Source: an uncultured virus (IMG/VR IMGVR_UViG_3300021389_000006) (Duplodnaviria; Heunggongvirae; Uroviricota; Caudoviricetes). From it: a stretch of DNA of 64,000 nt. Shown here one piece after another: positions 27,801 to 35,817 of the stretch (position 1 is the first letter of the stretch; each line of letters starts with the position of its first letter). The notes below the pieces were generated by a model. The model saw only the letters and a list, made by a program, of their open reading frames with translations. It ran no database searches and was not told the DNA's origin. The DNA lies in the IMG/VR virus record IMGVR_UViG_3300021389_000006. One strand, written 5' to 3'. A program made the translations under genes and the position numbers.

Positions 27801-30020
27801 ATTTTAGAAGATGATCCAAGAGACGCAACAGCTATATTTCAAAATCCTTTTGGAAACTATGAAGATTATGATCCTACAAACTTTATAGTACAACAAGATA
27901 ACACTTATGTAGATTCAACTAAAAGAGGAATACCTAAATATGTTTTAGATGCAATTAGTGAAAATCCAAATTTAACTGAGGAACAAATAGAAAACATTTT
28001 ATTGGCATCACAACAAGATCAAGACATAATGCAAGAATTATCAGTAGAATATCAAGATCCAGTATTAATAGCAGATTTTATTAAAAAATCTAATTACTAT
28101 GCAGAAGGATGGAAAGATATGGCTGAAGCAGATGAATATCAAATACAAGATTTACAAAACATATTAGTAGCTAAAGGATATGATATAGGCAGAACAGGTG
28201 CAGATGGTATTTATGGCAATAGAACATATGCAGCTCATAGAGCAATGGTAGATGATAGTAACCTTGATCCTACTGCTATATCAAGATATTATAAAAAGTA
28301 TTCTAAAGATACATATGATGAAGTAAAATCTATACAAGAAAGATTAATAAAAGAAGGATACATGAGCCCTACATTATTAAATGGGAGAGGTTCTAGTGTT
28401 GACGGTAAGTTTGGTGATCAAACTAGAGCTGCAATAGATGCATATAATACAGATAATTTTGATGAAGATATTAATACAACAGTATTTAATAATATTCCTA
28501 ACAGATTAGATGAGCCAAGATGTGCTGCAGGTATGTGTACTATTCTAGAAAGAAATGATATTCTTACAGAAGCTATTGGTGTAAAATATAAAGATGCTTG
28601 GGATTTATATGAATCTATGGAAGGTGCAGAAAATAGTGAAAGAATATTTAATATATATGATGATGTAGCATTTAAAAATATAGATGAAAATACTCCAATT
28701 GAAGAACTTAAACTAATTACTAATAAAGTAAAAAAGAATAAGAAGAATCAAACTAAAGCTAGTGATTATCAAGTAGGTGATATAGTTGGTATATATTGGC
28801 AAGGTTCTAGTCATCATGCAGAAACATTAGGATCTAAAACGTTTAATACACATAGTGGTTTTGTATCAGATATAAATGAAGATGGTATACCTATTATAAC
28901 ACATAATGTAAACGGTAAGGTTATACAACAACCTTATAATGAATTAACTACTGCATGGATTAGAAGACCTAATGAAGATGTAGAAATAAAATCTACATAT
29001 GAGGTAAGTGATGAAGATGTTAGTATAGACCCAATGGCTATTCCAAACTTAGAAAGAAAATGGGGAACACAATTGAGTCCTGAAAGAAAAGAAATAGTTA
29101 ATAATATTTTAAAAAGAGCAACATATAATTCAACTAAAATACCTGAAATACTAAATTCATCTGTAGATCCTGAATGGTTAAAGACTGCAACCTTTGGTAT
29201 TACTGGTGTTGAGTCAGGAGTTGGAGCACAAGCACCACGTACAGTTGATGAAGCAAGAGGAGAAAATTTTGGACTTCAAGGTATTGCATATGACTTAAAA
29301 GGTAGAGAAGATAGTTCAATTTCTTTAGGTATTGGAAAAACAAAATATGATGCATTAGATAATTTTGCCAGAGAATATTTTAATATTACTGGCCCAGAAG
29401 ATTTATCTGATGATAATAAATCTGTTGATGCAATATCTTATATACTTACAAAGAACTATGAGTTATTTAAAGATTACGCTCAACAGTATCCTTCTTTAGG
29501 TTTAACAGAACAAGACATTAGGAACATGTCAATATTAGCATATAATCAAGGTAGTAATAGACTTATAAATACTGGTAGAGTAGATGATGACCGTACACCT
29601 GAAGAAGAAGTAGCAGCACTTAGAGATTTGTATGAAGGATCTATGGCAGATATAAGTTCTACAAAATATAAGTATTTAGGGCCGGTTGGAGATGTAGCAT
29701 ATTCACTAGCATTAAATACAGGTCTTGAACAACCAGGAGAAAAGTATATATCAAAAGTAAATAACTATATAGAGGATGTATTCCCTGTAAGTTATGCTTA
29801 TTTAAATGAGAGTGATCCATTTCAAGTAACAACTATGGCAAGGGGTGGTGAATATGGAGTATTTAAAAATTATATAATGGGAGATTATGATGGAACTAAT
29901 AGAGAAGTATTTGCAAAAAATTTACATGATAGGCTTAACAGAAAGCATTATAAGCAAGCTAAATCTGCTGGTATGTCTCCTGCTAATTATATCATGACTA
30001 AGATTATTGATAATTCTTAA
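24867..30020 (+). CDS. Polyvalent ejected (cargo) protein: ART-like x3, lysozyme/SLT-like x2, PG-binding x2, CHAP-like amidase
   Basis: PG-binding: LQNILVAKGY...ADGIYGNRT and IQERLIKEGY...VDGKFGDQT. CHAP-like: CAAGM...GDIVGIY...THSGFV. SLT-like: AESLGG...STASGLYG and GVESG...AYNQG. ART-like: YRNT, YRG and LNRIE modules. Confidence 0.7.
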   Translation: MGKKKSIGLPGGPNEFLQDITQYISVEGYKRTSSDINNPVNIIESGSITMKDVDFPVYGVDNLGNEQMMLPENEYQFPGDMVVEIPQAQLGKLGKLAKPYVKKGIQLIKNYFDDGVRVTDDVVEETPNAMSFFSDTPKRLNRPPAEDYIFYRNTSNPESIMKPLDFANPRVYSSWKAPQNLSFFTPSNSAFRDYGAQKWGAKIRPNNPFIENKARTYSIEDVQKMIDDGHDAIITNNYGKSDIRDAYQIIPLDKSIISELKRYKELGGSLPKAQKGLGWLRPYAKKGVKYLQDLFQTTDADAIYRGVYLNDEIRNLEKFLGKTDDEILEIMGTQIPGSTGTIRKRQWNQTMNFGRDFDMAADHVRKFTNPNSIYTLGNTDDFINGQKYVLKVKPNPGLRTISAEQNKKLYKEVWNNTGSKDFSYKTFYDAGNARAFGPDLPIRTEGVNVFDGNFPQFIGEEGDVMGKLIKAIPIKQKAGEIRQYNPPGFFEKAADVLANPLTSFGYSVRNQDIPDNVNVANPNRNIYDSIIDIVNPFAWYQYAENADRNFEEGEYIDGTFDALGAIPVIPAWLAKGKNFKGPIKQAVKKVKDVIKPADDMVEVFTTDGSKKLMKKADAIRLNRIEDANVNNQTFVNYEDGNWFSDEITPFYLNAAKNSLKPGLLNPKDPKRLFSVYLDPADAKAFNVSKGVATERAANMSGGMGNMPINTEYVLPPSIVGKMRANEVGRGYNTMIGNSESIMQNLTDFYKRLGGSFQDGGSWRDIEINLDGVKKSVAQAESLGGKLMKNKQSTASGLYGQRFSELDKLGLYDGTRDEFIKDLKAQDDIFTKRLYEGFVDENGQTIVTPLVKDAYDLTIEYKDQLGDNWDYSYEDIINLSNFLGRQGARKYFGEVIRDGKGLEEVYPHLFGDQRTKGKDGKPLENKTPVQYLETSRKFYKAGGSLPKGQNGNREVNVVQQDNTRVALPRAPRLPLQTLPILEDDPRDATAIFQNPFGNYEDYDPTNFIVQQDNTYVDSTKRGIPKYVLDAISENPNLTEEQIENILLASQQDQDIMQELSVEYQDPVLIADFIKKSNYYAEGWKDMAEADEYQIQDLQNILVAKGYDIGRTGADGIYGNRTYAAHRAMVDDSNLDPTAISRYYKKYSKDTYDEVKSIQERLIKEGYMSPTLLNGRGSSVDGKFGDQTRAAIDAYNTDNFDEDINTTVFNNIPNRLDEPRCAAGMCTILERNDILTEAIGVKYKDAWDLYESMEGAENSERIFNIYDDVAFKNIDENTPIEELKLITNKVKKNKKNQTKASDYQVGDIVGIYWQGSSHHAETLGSKTFNTHSGFVSDINEDGIPIITHNVNGKVIQQPYNELTTAWIRRPNEDVEIKSTYEVSDEDVSIDPMAIPNLERKWGTQLSPERKEIVNNILKRATYNSTKIPEILNSSVDPEWLKTATFGITGVESGVGAQAPRTVDEARGENFGLQGIAYDLKGREDSSISLGIGKTKYDALDNFAREYFNITGPEDLSDDNKSVDAISYILTKNYELFKDYAQQYPSLGLTEQDIRNMSILAYNQGSNRLINTGRVDDDRTPEEEVAALRDLYEGSMADISSTKYKYLGPVGDVAYSLALNTGLEQPGEKYISKVNNYIEDVFPVSYAYLNESDPFQVTTMARGGEYGVFKNYIMGDYDGTNREVFAKNLHDRLNRKHYKQAKSAGMSPANYIMTKIIDNS

Positions 30021-30050
30021 ACCATAAAGATTAGTGAATCTCCTTAATTA

Positions 30051-30061
30051 TTTGTATATTA
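30051..30061 (+). promoter_or_regulatory. TTTGTATATTA candidate phage promoter motif
   Basis: Exact motif ending 10 nt upstream of the ATG at 30072. Confidence 0.6.
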
Positions 30062-30071
30062 ATAATATAAT

Positions 30072-32927
30072 ATGAGCAAAGTGAATTTAAACAAAAAAAG
30101 TGTAAAACAACAAGGTGGTGCAATGATGCAGCAGATGGTTCAACCTCAACAACAACAGGTGGATCCTGCTGTGCAAGAGATTCTTACATACTTTTCTACT
30201 TCACTTGAACAAGGAGGTAAGCCAGAAGAGATTGTTATGAGCCTAATGGAACAGCAAATAGATCAAGGAACTATTGCTGAAGCCTTAATGACAGGAGGTT
30301 ATCAAGAAGAAGATATAACTGTGTTGTTTGAAAATGTAAGATTAATGAAACAACCTAAGCCTGCAACTGCAGCACAGGTTAATGCTAATCCACAAGAACT
30401 AGCTAGAAATGAAGAACTTGCACAAAATCAACAAGGTCCAGTAGCTACACAACCTATGGAAATGGCTAAGTCAGGAATTGAAATAGATCCAAAAAACAAA
30501 GGTAAGTTTACTAGATGGGCTAAAGCACGTGGTATGAGTGTTAAGGAAGCATATAACAAGGTTATGGCTAATACTGATGCTTACCCACCATCTGTAGTTA
30601 AGATGGCTAATTTTGCAAAGAATGCAGCTGGTTGGAAAAAAGAAGAAGGTGGTGAACAAGAAGAGTTCAAACCACACTTTATGTATAAAGGGGATAGAAA
30701 AATAAAAGCTAATGATGTAGCTACTCACTTAAGACTTAAAGATGCAGGTTATGGTCATGAACCACCAAAAGCTCAAAGTGGTTCTGAAATAGATATGCCA
30801 CGTACTATGGCTTATGGGTCAAATGCATATCCTTCAATGGGATACATGCAAGGTGGTGGTGAAGAAGAAGTTGGATTAACAGAAGAACAGAAGAACCAAC
30901 AAGATCAACTGATGCAGTTTTTTGATGCAGCAAACGTTACACTTACAAATCAAGATAATCAGTACATAGGAGGTAAGAAACCTGAGACATCAGATGAAGG
31001 AATTTTAACTACTAAAAATTATTTTAATCCTAATGCTTTTAAAACAGGAAACAATTTTAGTTTAGGTAAAGTAGCTAATGTATTAAATAATGCATATCAA
31101 GATATGTTTGCTGGTGATACAGATGGAGATGGTTTAAAAGATGGTTCATTCCGTGATTGGAAAAATAAAACTATTAATAATAAAATAAATAAAGAGCTTA
31201 ATGCTAACTATAATGTTAAGTTAGATTTATCTGATGAAAATCAAGCAGCAATACAAGCATGGAAAAAACAATATGATATTGAGAATCCAGAAGTAGATGC
31301 ATTAGGTAATCCAGTAGTACAGGAAAATGCAGGTGATGATCCAGATAGAAATAATACTATAGAAATTACTAATACACCAATTCAACAAGCAGAAGAAGAT
31401 TTTAGTAATTGGTTTAATTCTAATATGGATGGTTTAAGTGATGCAGCAAAAGCTACATATGATGCCATAAGAGAAAAGATGAGAAGTGGAAATGATGATC
31501 AAGAAGTGATTGATGAACAAATAACTGTTCAAGCTTATGGATCAGAAATACCTAAAGCATTGTTTGGTTTTGGAAAAAGAGCTAAAAAAGCTAAACAAAA
31601 AATTAAAGATGACCCTATGTCATTTGCAAGATTAATGGCAGGAGATGTTACAGCTGCAACAGCTTTTATGCAACAAGGTGGTGATTTATATAAAGCACAA
31701 TTTAGTGCACCAGAAACAGGAGCTCCTTTTGCAGATCCAATGGATAGTGATGTTGTTGCTGATGATGGCCCATTAAGTTTTCAAGAATGGGTACAACAAG
31801 ATCCTGTTACTAGAGGCACAGCTGATGCACCACAACAATATCAAGCTTATGTTGATGGTTTTAATTCTGATGCTGCACCAGATGTTACTCCAGATGCTAC
31901 TGAAGATGCAGGTGTAGGACCAGCACAACAACGTACTGCTGCAGATTTATATGGAGATATACAAGGACCAGAAGTTACTAAAGATTATGGTGGTCTGGAT
32001 GGTTTTACAGATAGATTAATAAATAGTAATGTAGCAAGAGGATTTGGTAGTTTAAGTAATTTTGCATTTGAAGCAGCTGATTCAATAAATGACTGGTATG
32101 AAGATAAAAATATTAGAGATGCTAAAAATGAACTAAGAGGTAATTTAGTGGCAGATAATATCTATGGAACCAAAACAGATGCCTTTAATAAAAGAGGAAC
32201 GTTTGATGTAAACTCTGGAATAATGGGTAGTGAAGGTGATAGAACTACAGGTTTATATTTAAGCAAAGAAGGTGGAGGAGTTAACAATCCTGGATTTAAA
32301 GCTTTACCTCCTGAAGCACAGCATAATATACTTAGTAATATGGCTTATGGAGGTGCTAAAGGTGCAGAAGCATATCTTGCAAATAGAGATAGAGTTATTA
32401 AAAGAGAAATGGCTAAAGCACAAGATGGCCAAGAAACAGGTAAGAATCATCCTTATTATGAAGAGTACTTAGAAGAGTTTAAAAGTAAAGGTGTTGGAAA
32501 CAAACGTGCACTTAAGATCTTAGAAGAAATGAATATAACTCCAAGAGATACAGCTTTTGTTAATCAATCAAATAACAAAATGGGAGCTAGAATGATGAAC
32601 AACGCAGATGTAGTTACATTTATTGCTGATGATTTATATAATGATGGTTCAGGTAATTATAGTGGGATAGTTAATATGAAAAATAAAATGCCATACTTTT
32701 CTACTCCCCCAGCTAGTAATGGTCAGAGCTATGACTTTTTAAGAAATTTTTACAAAGGTAAAGGAGATAATGTTGTAGAGGTACTTAAATCTAAACAACC
32801 AAATAATGATGCAAGTTTAATGGAATTATTTGGTTTAAAACAACAAGGAGGAGAAATGACAGTTAATGTTGATTCAACAATGTTAGCTAAACTAATTGCA
32901 GCGGGAGCTGATATTGAATTATTATAA
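30072..32927 (+). CDS. Cargo/ejection protein (Q/E-rich, multiple GG motifs)
   Basis: Contains IEIDPKNKGKFT...KMANFAKNAAGWK, a segment typical of crAss cargo proteins, and about 12 xQ/AxGG-type motifs. Confidence 0.6.
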   Translation: MSKVNLNKKSVKQQGGAMMQQMVQPQQQQVDPAVQEILTYFSTSLEQGGKPEEIVMSLMEQQIDQGTIAEALMTGGYQEEDITVLFENVRLMKQPKPATAAQVNANPQELARNEELAQNQQGPVATQPMEMAKSGIEIDPKNKGKFTRWAKARGMSVKEAYNKVMANTDAYPPSVVKMANFAKNAAGWKKEEGGEQEEFKPHFMYKGDRKIKANDVATHLRLKDAGYGHEPPKAQSGSEIDMPRTMAYGSNAYPSMGYMQGGGEEEVGLTEEQKNQQDQLMQFFDAANVTLTNQDNQYIGGKKPETSDEGILTTKNYFNPNAFKTGNNFSLGKVANVLNNAYQDMFAGDTDGDGLKDGSFRDWKNKTINNKINKELNANYNVKLDLSDENQAAIQAWKKQYDIENPEVDALGNPVVQENAGDDPDRNNTIEITNTPIQQAEEDFSNWFNSNMDGLSDAAKATYDAIREKMRSGNDDQEVIDEQITVQAYGSEIPKALFGFGKRAKKAKQKIKDDPMSFARLMAGDVTAATAFMQQGGDLYKAQFSAPETGAPFADPMDSDVVADDGPLSFQEWVQQDPVTRGTADAPQQYQAYVDGFNSDAAPDVTPDATEDAGVGPAQQRTAADLYGDIQGPEVTKDYGGLDGFTDRLINSNVARGFGSLSNFAFEAADSINDWYEDKNIRDAKNELRGNLVADNIYGTKTDAFNKRGTFDVNSGIMGSEGDRTTGLYLSKEGGGVNNPGFKALPPEAQHNILSNMAYGGAKGAEAYLANRDRVIKREMAKAQDGQETGKNHPYYEEYLEEFKSKGVGNKRALKILEEMNITPRDTAFVNQSNNKMGARMMNNADVVTFIADDLYNDGSGNYSGIVNMKNKMPYFSTPPASNGQSYDFLRNFYKGKGDNVVEVLKSKQPNNDASLMELFGLKQQGGEMTVNVDSTMLAKLIAAGADIELL

Positions 32928-32929
32928 CT

Positions 32930-35758
32930 ATGGCAAGAATTAAGATAAATAAATTACCAAAGGGTTTTGAATTAGTTGACGGCAAAGTTCAAGAAGTTCA
33001 GGCTATGCAAGATGGTGGCATGATAACCGGTGATCAAGCTGATTATGGTTTGGTTACAACTCCACAACAATATTACGGAAACACAAACTTTAATAACACT
33101 AAAGATGAAAATGTAAGATATAGTCTTTCAAGTGTACCTAGAGAAAATGCTAATGTAGAAGCAGAAGGTGGAGAAACTGTATTAACAGATTTAAATAATG
33201 ATGGGACATTTGGTCTTTATGATATTACGGGTCCTAGACATAGTAAAGGAGGAGTACCAATGTTTTTACCAGAACAATCATTTATCTATTCAGATACACC
33301 AAAATTAAAGTTTGGTAAAGAAGAAATGGCTGAATTAGATATAGCAGGAGATAGAAAGACACCTGCTAAATTGTCTAAAAGATTTGGATTAAATGATTAT
33401 TATGGTGAATTAGATTCACAGTATGCAGATAATATATCTTCATTAAGTGCAGAGCTCATGTTAAAGAAAAACATGAATGATTTATCTAAGTTAGCTTATA
33501 TGCAAGAATCTAAAAAGAATTTTTCTGATGGTGTTCCATTAGCAGCACATCCTTATTTAATTTCTATAGGTGAAGATCCTATACAATTTACATCACAAGT
33601 AGAACAGATTACAGAACAACAAGCACAACGTGAAGCTATAGCAGCATTGCCGCCAGAACAACAACAGCAACTAATGATGTTGCAACAGTTTATGGCACAA
33701 GCTCAAGAACAACCACAACAAGCACCACAACAAGCTCCAGCACCAGGATCATTTGAACAAATGGAATTAGCTGATGCAAACAATGCTATGATGGCAACTG
33801 CAAAATATGGAGGTAACTTACCAAACTATCAAAAGGCTGGTGAAAAAGCATCTGATTTTGCAAAAGGAAAAGGTCAACAATGGCCTGAAAATGCACAAGA
33901 TCCTACGTGGGATGGTAAGGAATGGGTATTTGAAGATGGCAGAACGTTAAGTATGATGGAAGCTTTAAGAATGGCAAACAAAGTTAATAACGGAGGAGAC
34001 ATTCCAGAAGAGTATAGAGTAGGATATGAAGCACCAAGCAACTCAGAAGAAACAGTAACAGTAACTGATGAGATGGTTAACAATGGAACTGTAACAGATG
34101 TAAATGAAGATCTTAAAGAAGATGTAAACTTAAACTCAGGTAAATTATCTGAAGCTAAAAATCCATATAAAGAAGGTACAGATAACTATAATAAACTTGA
34201 GCAATATAGAAAAGATGGATATGAACTAACTGTAGTTGAAGTAAATGGTAAAAAACAAATTAGAGCGTATAAACCTTTCCAATCAAGATTTAAAGATGCA
34301 GAAAAAGTAGTTGTGCAAGATATTGAAGGAGTTGGTACAGGTGAGACATCTGTTATATCAGCAGATAACCAAGCACAAGGTGAAGTACTAGAAAACTCTC
34401 CTATTGGATCATATAGACCTGGGATTTATTCAGGTGGTAATAGACCTACAAAACAAGGTACTATATATAGCAATCAAGTAGTTGATGGTACATATGATCC
34501 TAGTATAGCAGCAGATCCATCTTCAGGTATATATGCATATGGTAGTTCACAGCTTAAGTCTGAAGAAGGGAAGGCAGACTTTATGAATAGATGGGGAGAT
34601 GTTACTGAACAGATTGAAGGTTTTGATTATAGCAAACCTGCAAATGACCCACAATGGAAAGAGTTCCAGGTATTAGCAGAAGAAACTAGAAAGAAAGAAG
34701 CTGAACAGTTAGGTATACCATATGTACCACATTTTAAGAAACCAGGAGATGAAGGTTATGTACAAGGAGAAGGATATGATGGAGCATTAGGATTCCATAC
34801 TTTTAACACACCTAGGTTAGATGTAGACTTTACATCACAAGATGAACAGTTTATGGATCTTCCTGAAGAACCAAAAGAAGAGTTGGAGATAACTATTCCG
34901 GAAGAACAACCAGCAAAAGCAGAATGGTGGAAACAAGATGAGAATAACCTAAATACATTAATGGGTATTGAAGATGAGTTATTTTTACCTTGGGCACCTA
35001 CTTTAGAAGAGCAAAAGGTTGATTATGTATTAGATGATTACACAGGAAGAGTTAATGCTAACAATGCATCATTAGCTACTATGGCTGATTCATTAGCATC
35101 ATATGGACCACAAGCTTTAGCAGGGAGCAATGTATTTGGAAAAACAATGGATCAAAATGCTAAAGCTATTAATCAAGTCAATACTAATAATGTTAGGACT
35201 ATGAATCAAGTAGCTACATTACAACCTCAATTAGATTTACAAGTTGATGTTAGAAATGCAGCTAAAGATACTAAACTATACGATGATACTATAACAAGTT
35301 TGCAAAATGCACAAAACTTTTCTAATTGGAAAACAGCAAAAGCAAATGAATTATATAATGCAGGTATTACTAATGCCGCTAACACAGCAAATTTAAATGA
35401 TTTATACAGTTATTATGATATAAATCCACAAAGAGCTGGTAGAGTAGAGTGGGGAGATAATGGTAGACAGTTATATAAAGATTCACAAAAACCTAAAATA
35501 GATGATTTTAAAGATTTTTATACAGACCTAAAAGCAGATTTTCCTGATCAAGAACTTGATATGACAGAAGCTCTTAAAGTTTGGGGTAGTCTTGGTGCAG
35601 GTCAAACATTAAATTCTGATTTGACTGTTGGAAGAAATGAAGCAATGACAAATGGTTTACCAGGTTATCCAGGTTCTAATGTGCAAATAACACGTAAGAA
35701 AGGTGGAGGACTAAAGAAATATGCAGTACCATTTTACAGTGGAAAGATGGGTGTATAA
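32930..35758 (+). CDS. Cargo/ejection protein
   Basis: NVEAEGGETV...GPRHSKGGVP...FIYSD...KTPA domain typical of crAss-like cargo proteins; acidic with low-complexity stretches. Confidence 0.6.
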   Translation: MARIKINKLPKGFELVDGKVQEVQAMQDGGMITGDQADYGLVTTPQQYYGNTNFNNTKDENVRYSLSSVPRENANVEAEGGETVLTDLNNDGTFGLYDITGPRHSKGGVPMFLPEQSFIYSDTPKLKFGKEEMAELDIAGDRKTPAKLSKRFGLNDYYGELDSQYADNISSLSAELMLKKNMNDLSKLAYMQESKKNFSDGVPLAAHPYLISIGEDPIQFTSQVEQITEQQAQREAIAALPPEQQQQLMMLQQFMAQAQEQPQQAPQQAPAPGSFEQMELADANNAMMATAKYGGNLPNYQKAGEKASDFAKGKGQQWPENAQDPTWDGKEWVFEDGRTLSMMEALRMANKVNNGGDIPEEYRVGYEAPSNSEETVTVTDEMVNNGTVTDVNEDLKEDVNLNSGKLSEAKNPYKEGTDNYNKLEQYRKDGYELTVVEVNGKKQIRAYKPFQSRFKDAEKVVVQDIEGVGTGETSVISADNQAQGEVLENSPIGSYRPGIYSGGNRPTKQGTIYSNQVVDGTYDPSIAADPSSGIYAYGSSQLKSEEGKADFMNRWGDVTEQIEGFDYSKPANDPQWKEFQVLAEETRKKEAEQLGIPYVPHFKKPGDEGYVQGEGYDGALGFHTFNTPRLDVDFTSQDEQFMDLPEEPKEELEITIPEEQPAKAEWWKQDENNLNTLMGIEDELFLPWAPTLEEQKVDYVLDDYTGRVNANNASLATMADSLASYGPQALAGSNVFGKTMDQNAKAINQVNTNNVRTMNQVATLQPQLDLQVDVRNAAKDTKLYDDTITSLQNAQNFSNWKTAKANELYNAGITNAANTANLNDLYSYYDINPQRAGRVEWGDNGRQLYKDSQKPKIDDFKDFYTDLKADFPDQELDMTEALKVWGSLGAGQTLNSDLTVGRNEAMTNGLPGYPGSNVQITRKKGGGLKKYAVPFYSGKMGV

Positions 35759-35817
35759 ACTTAAAGAGTTTATTTAATACTCTTTGTAAACTTATTAAAT
35801 TATATTAATTTTGAATT

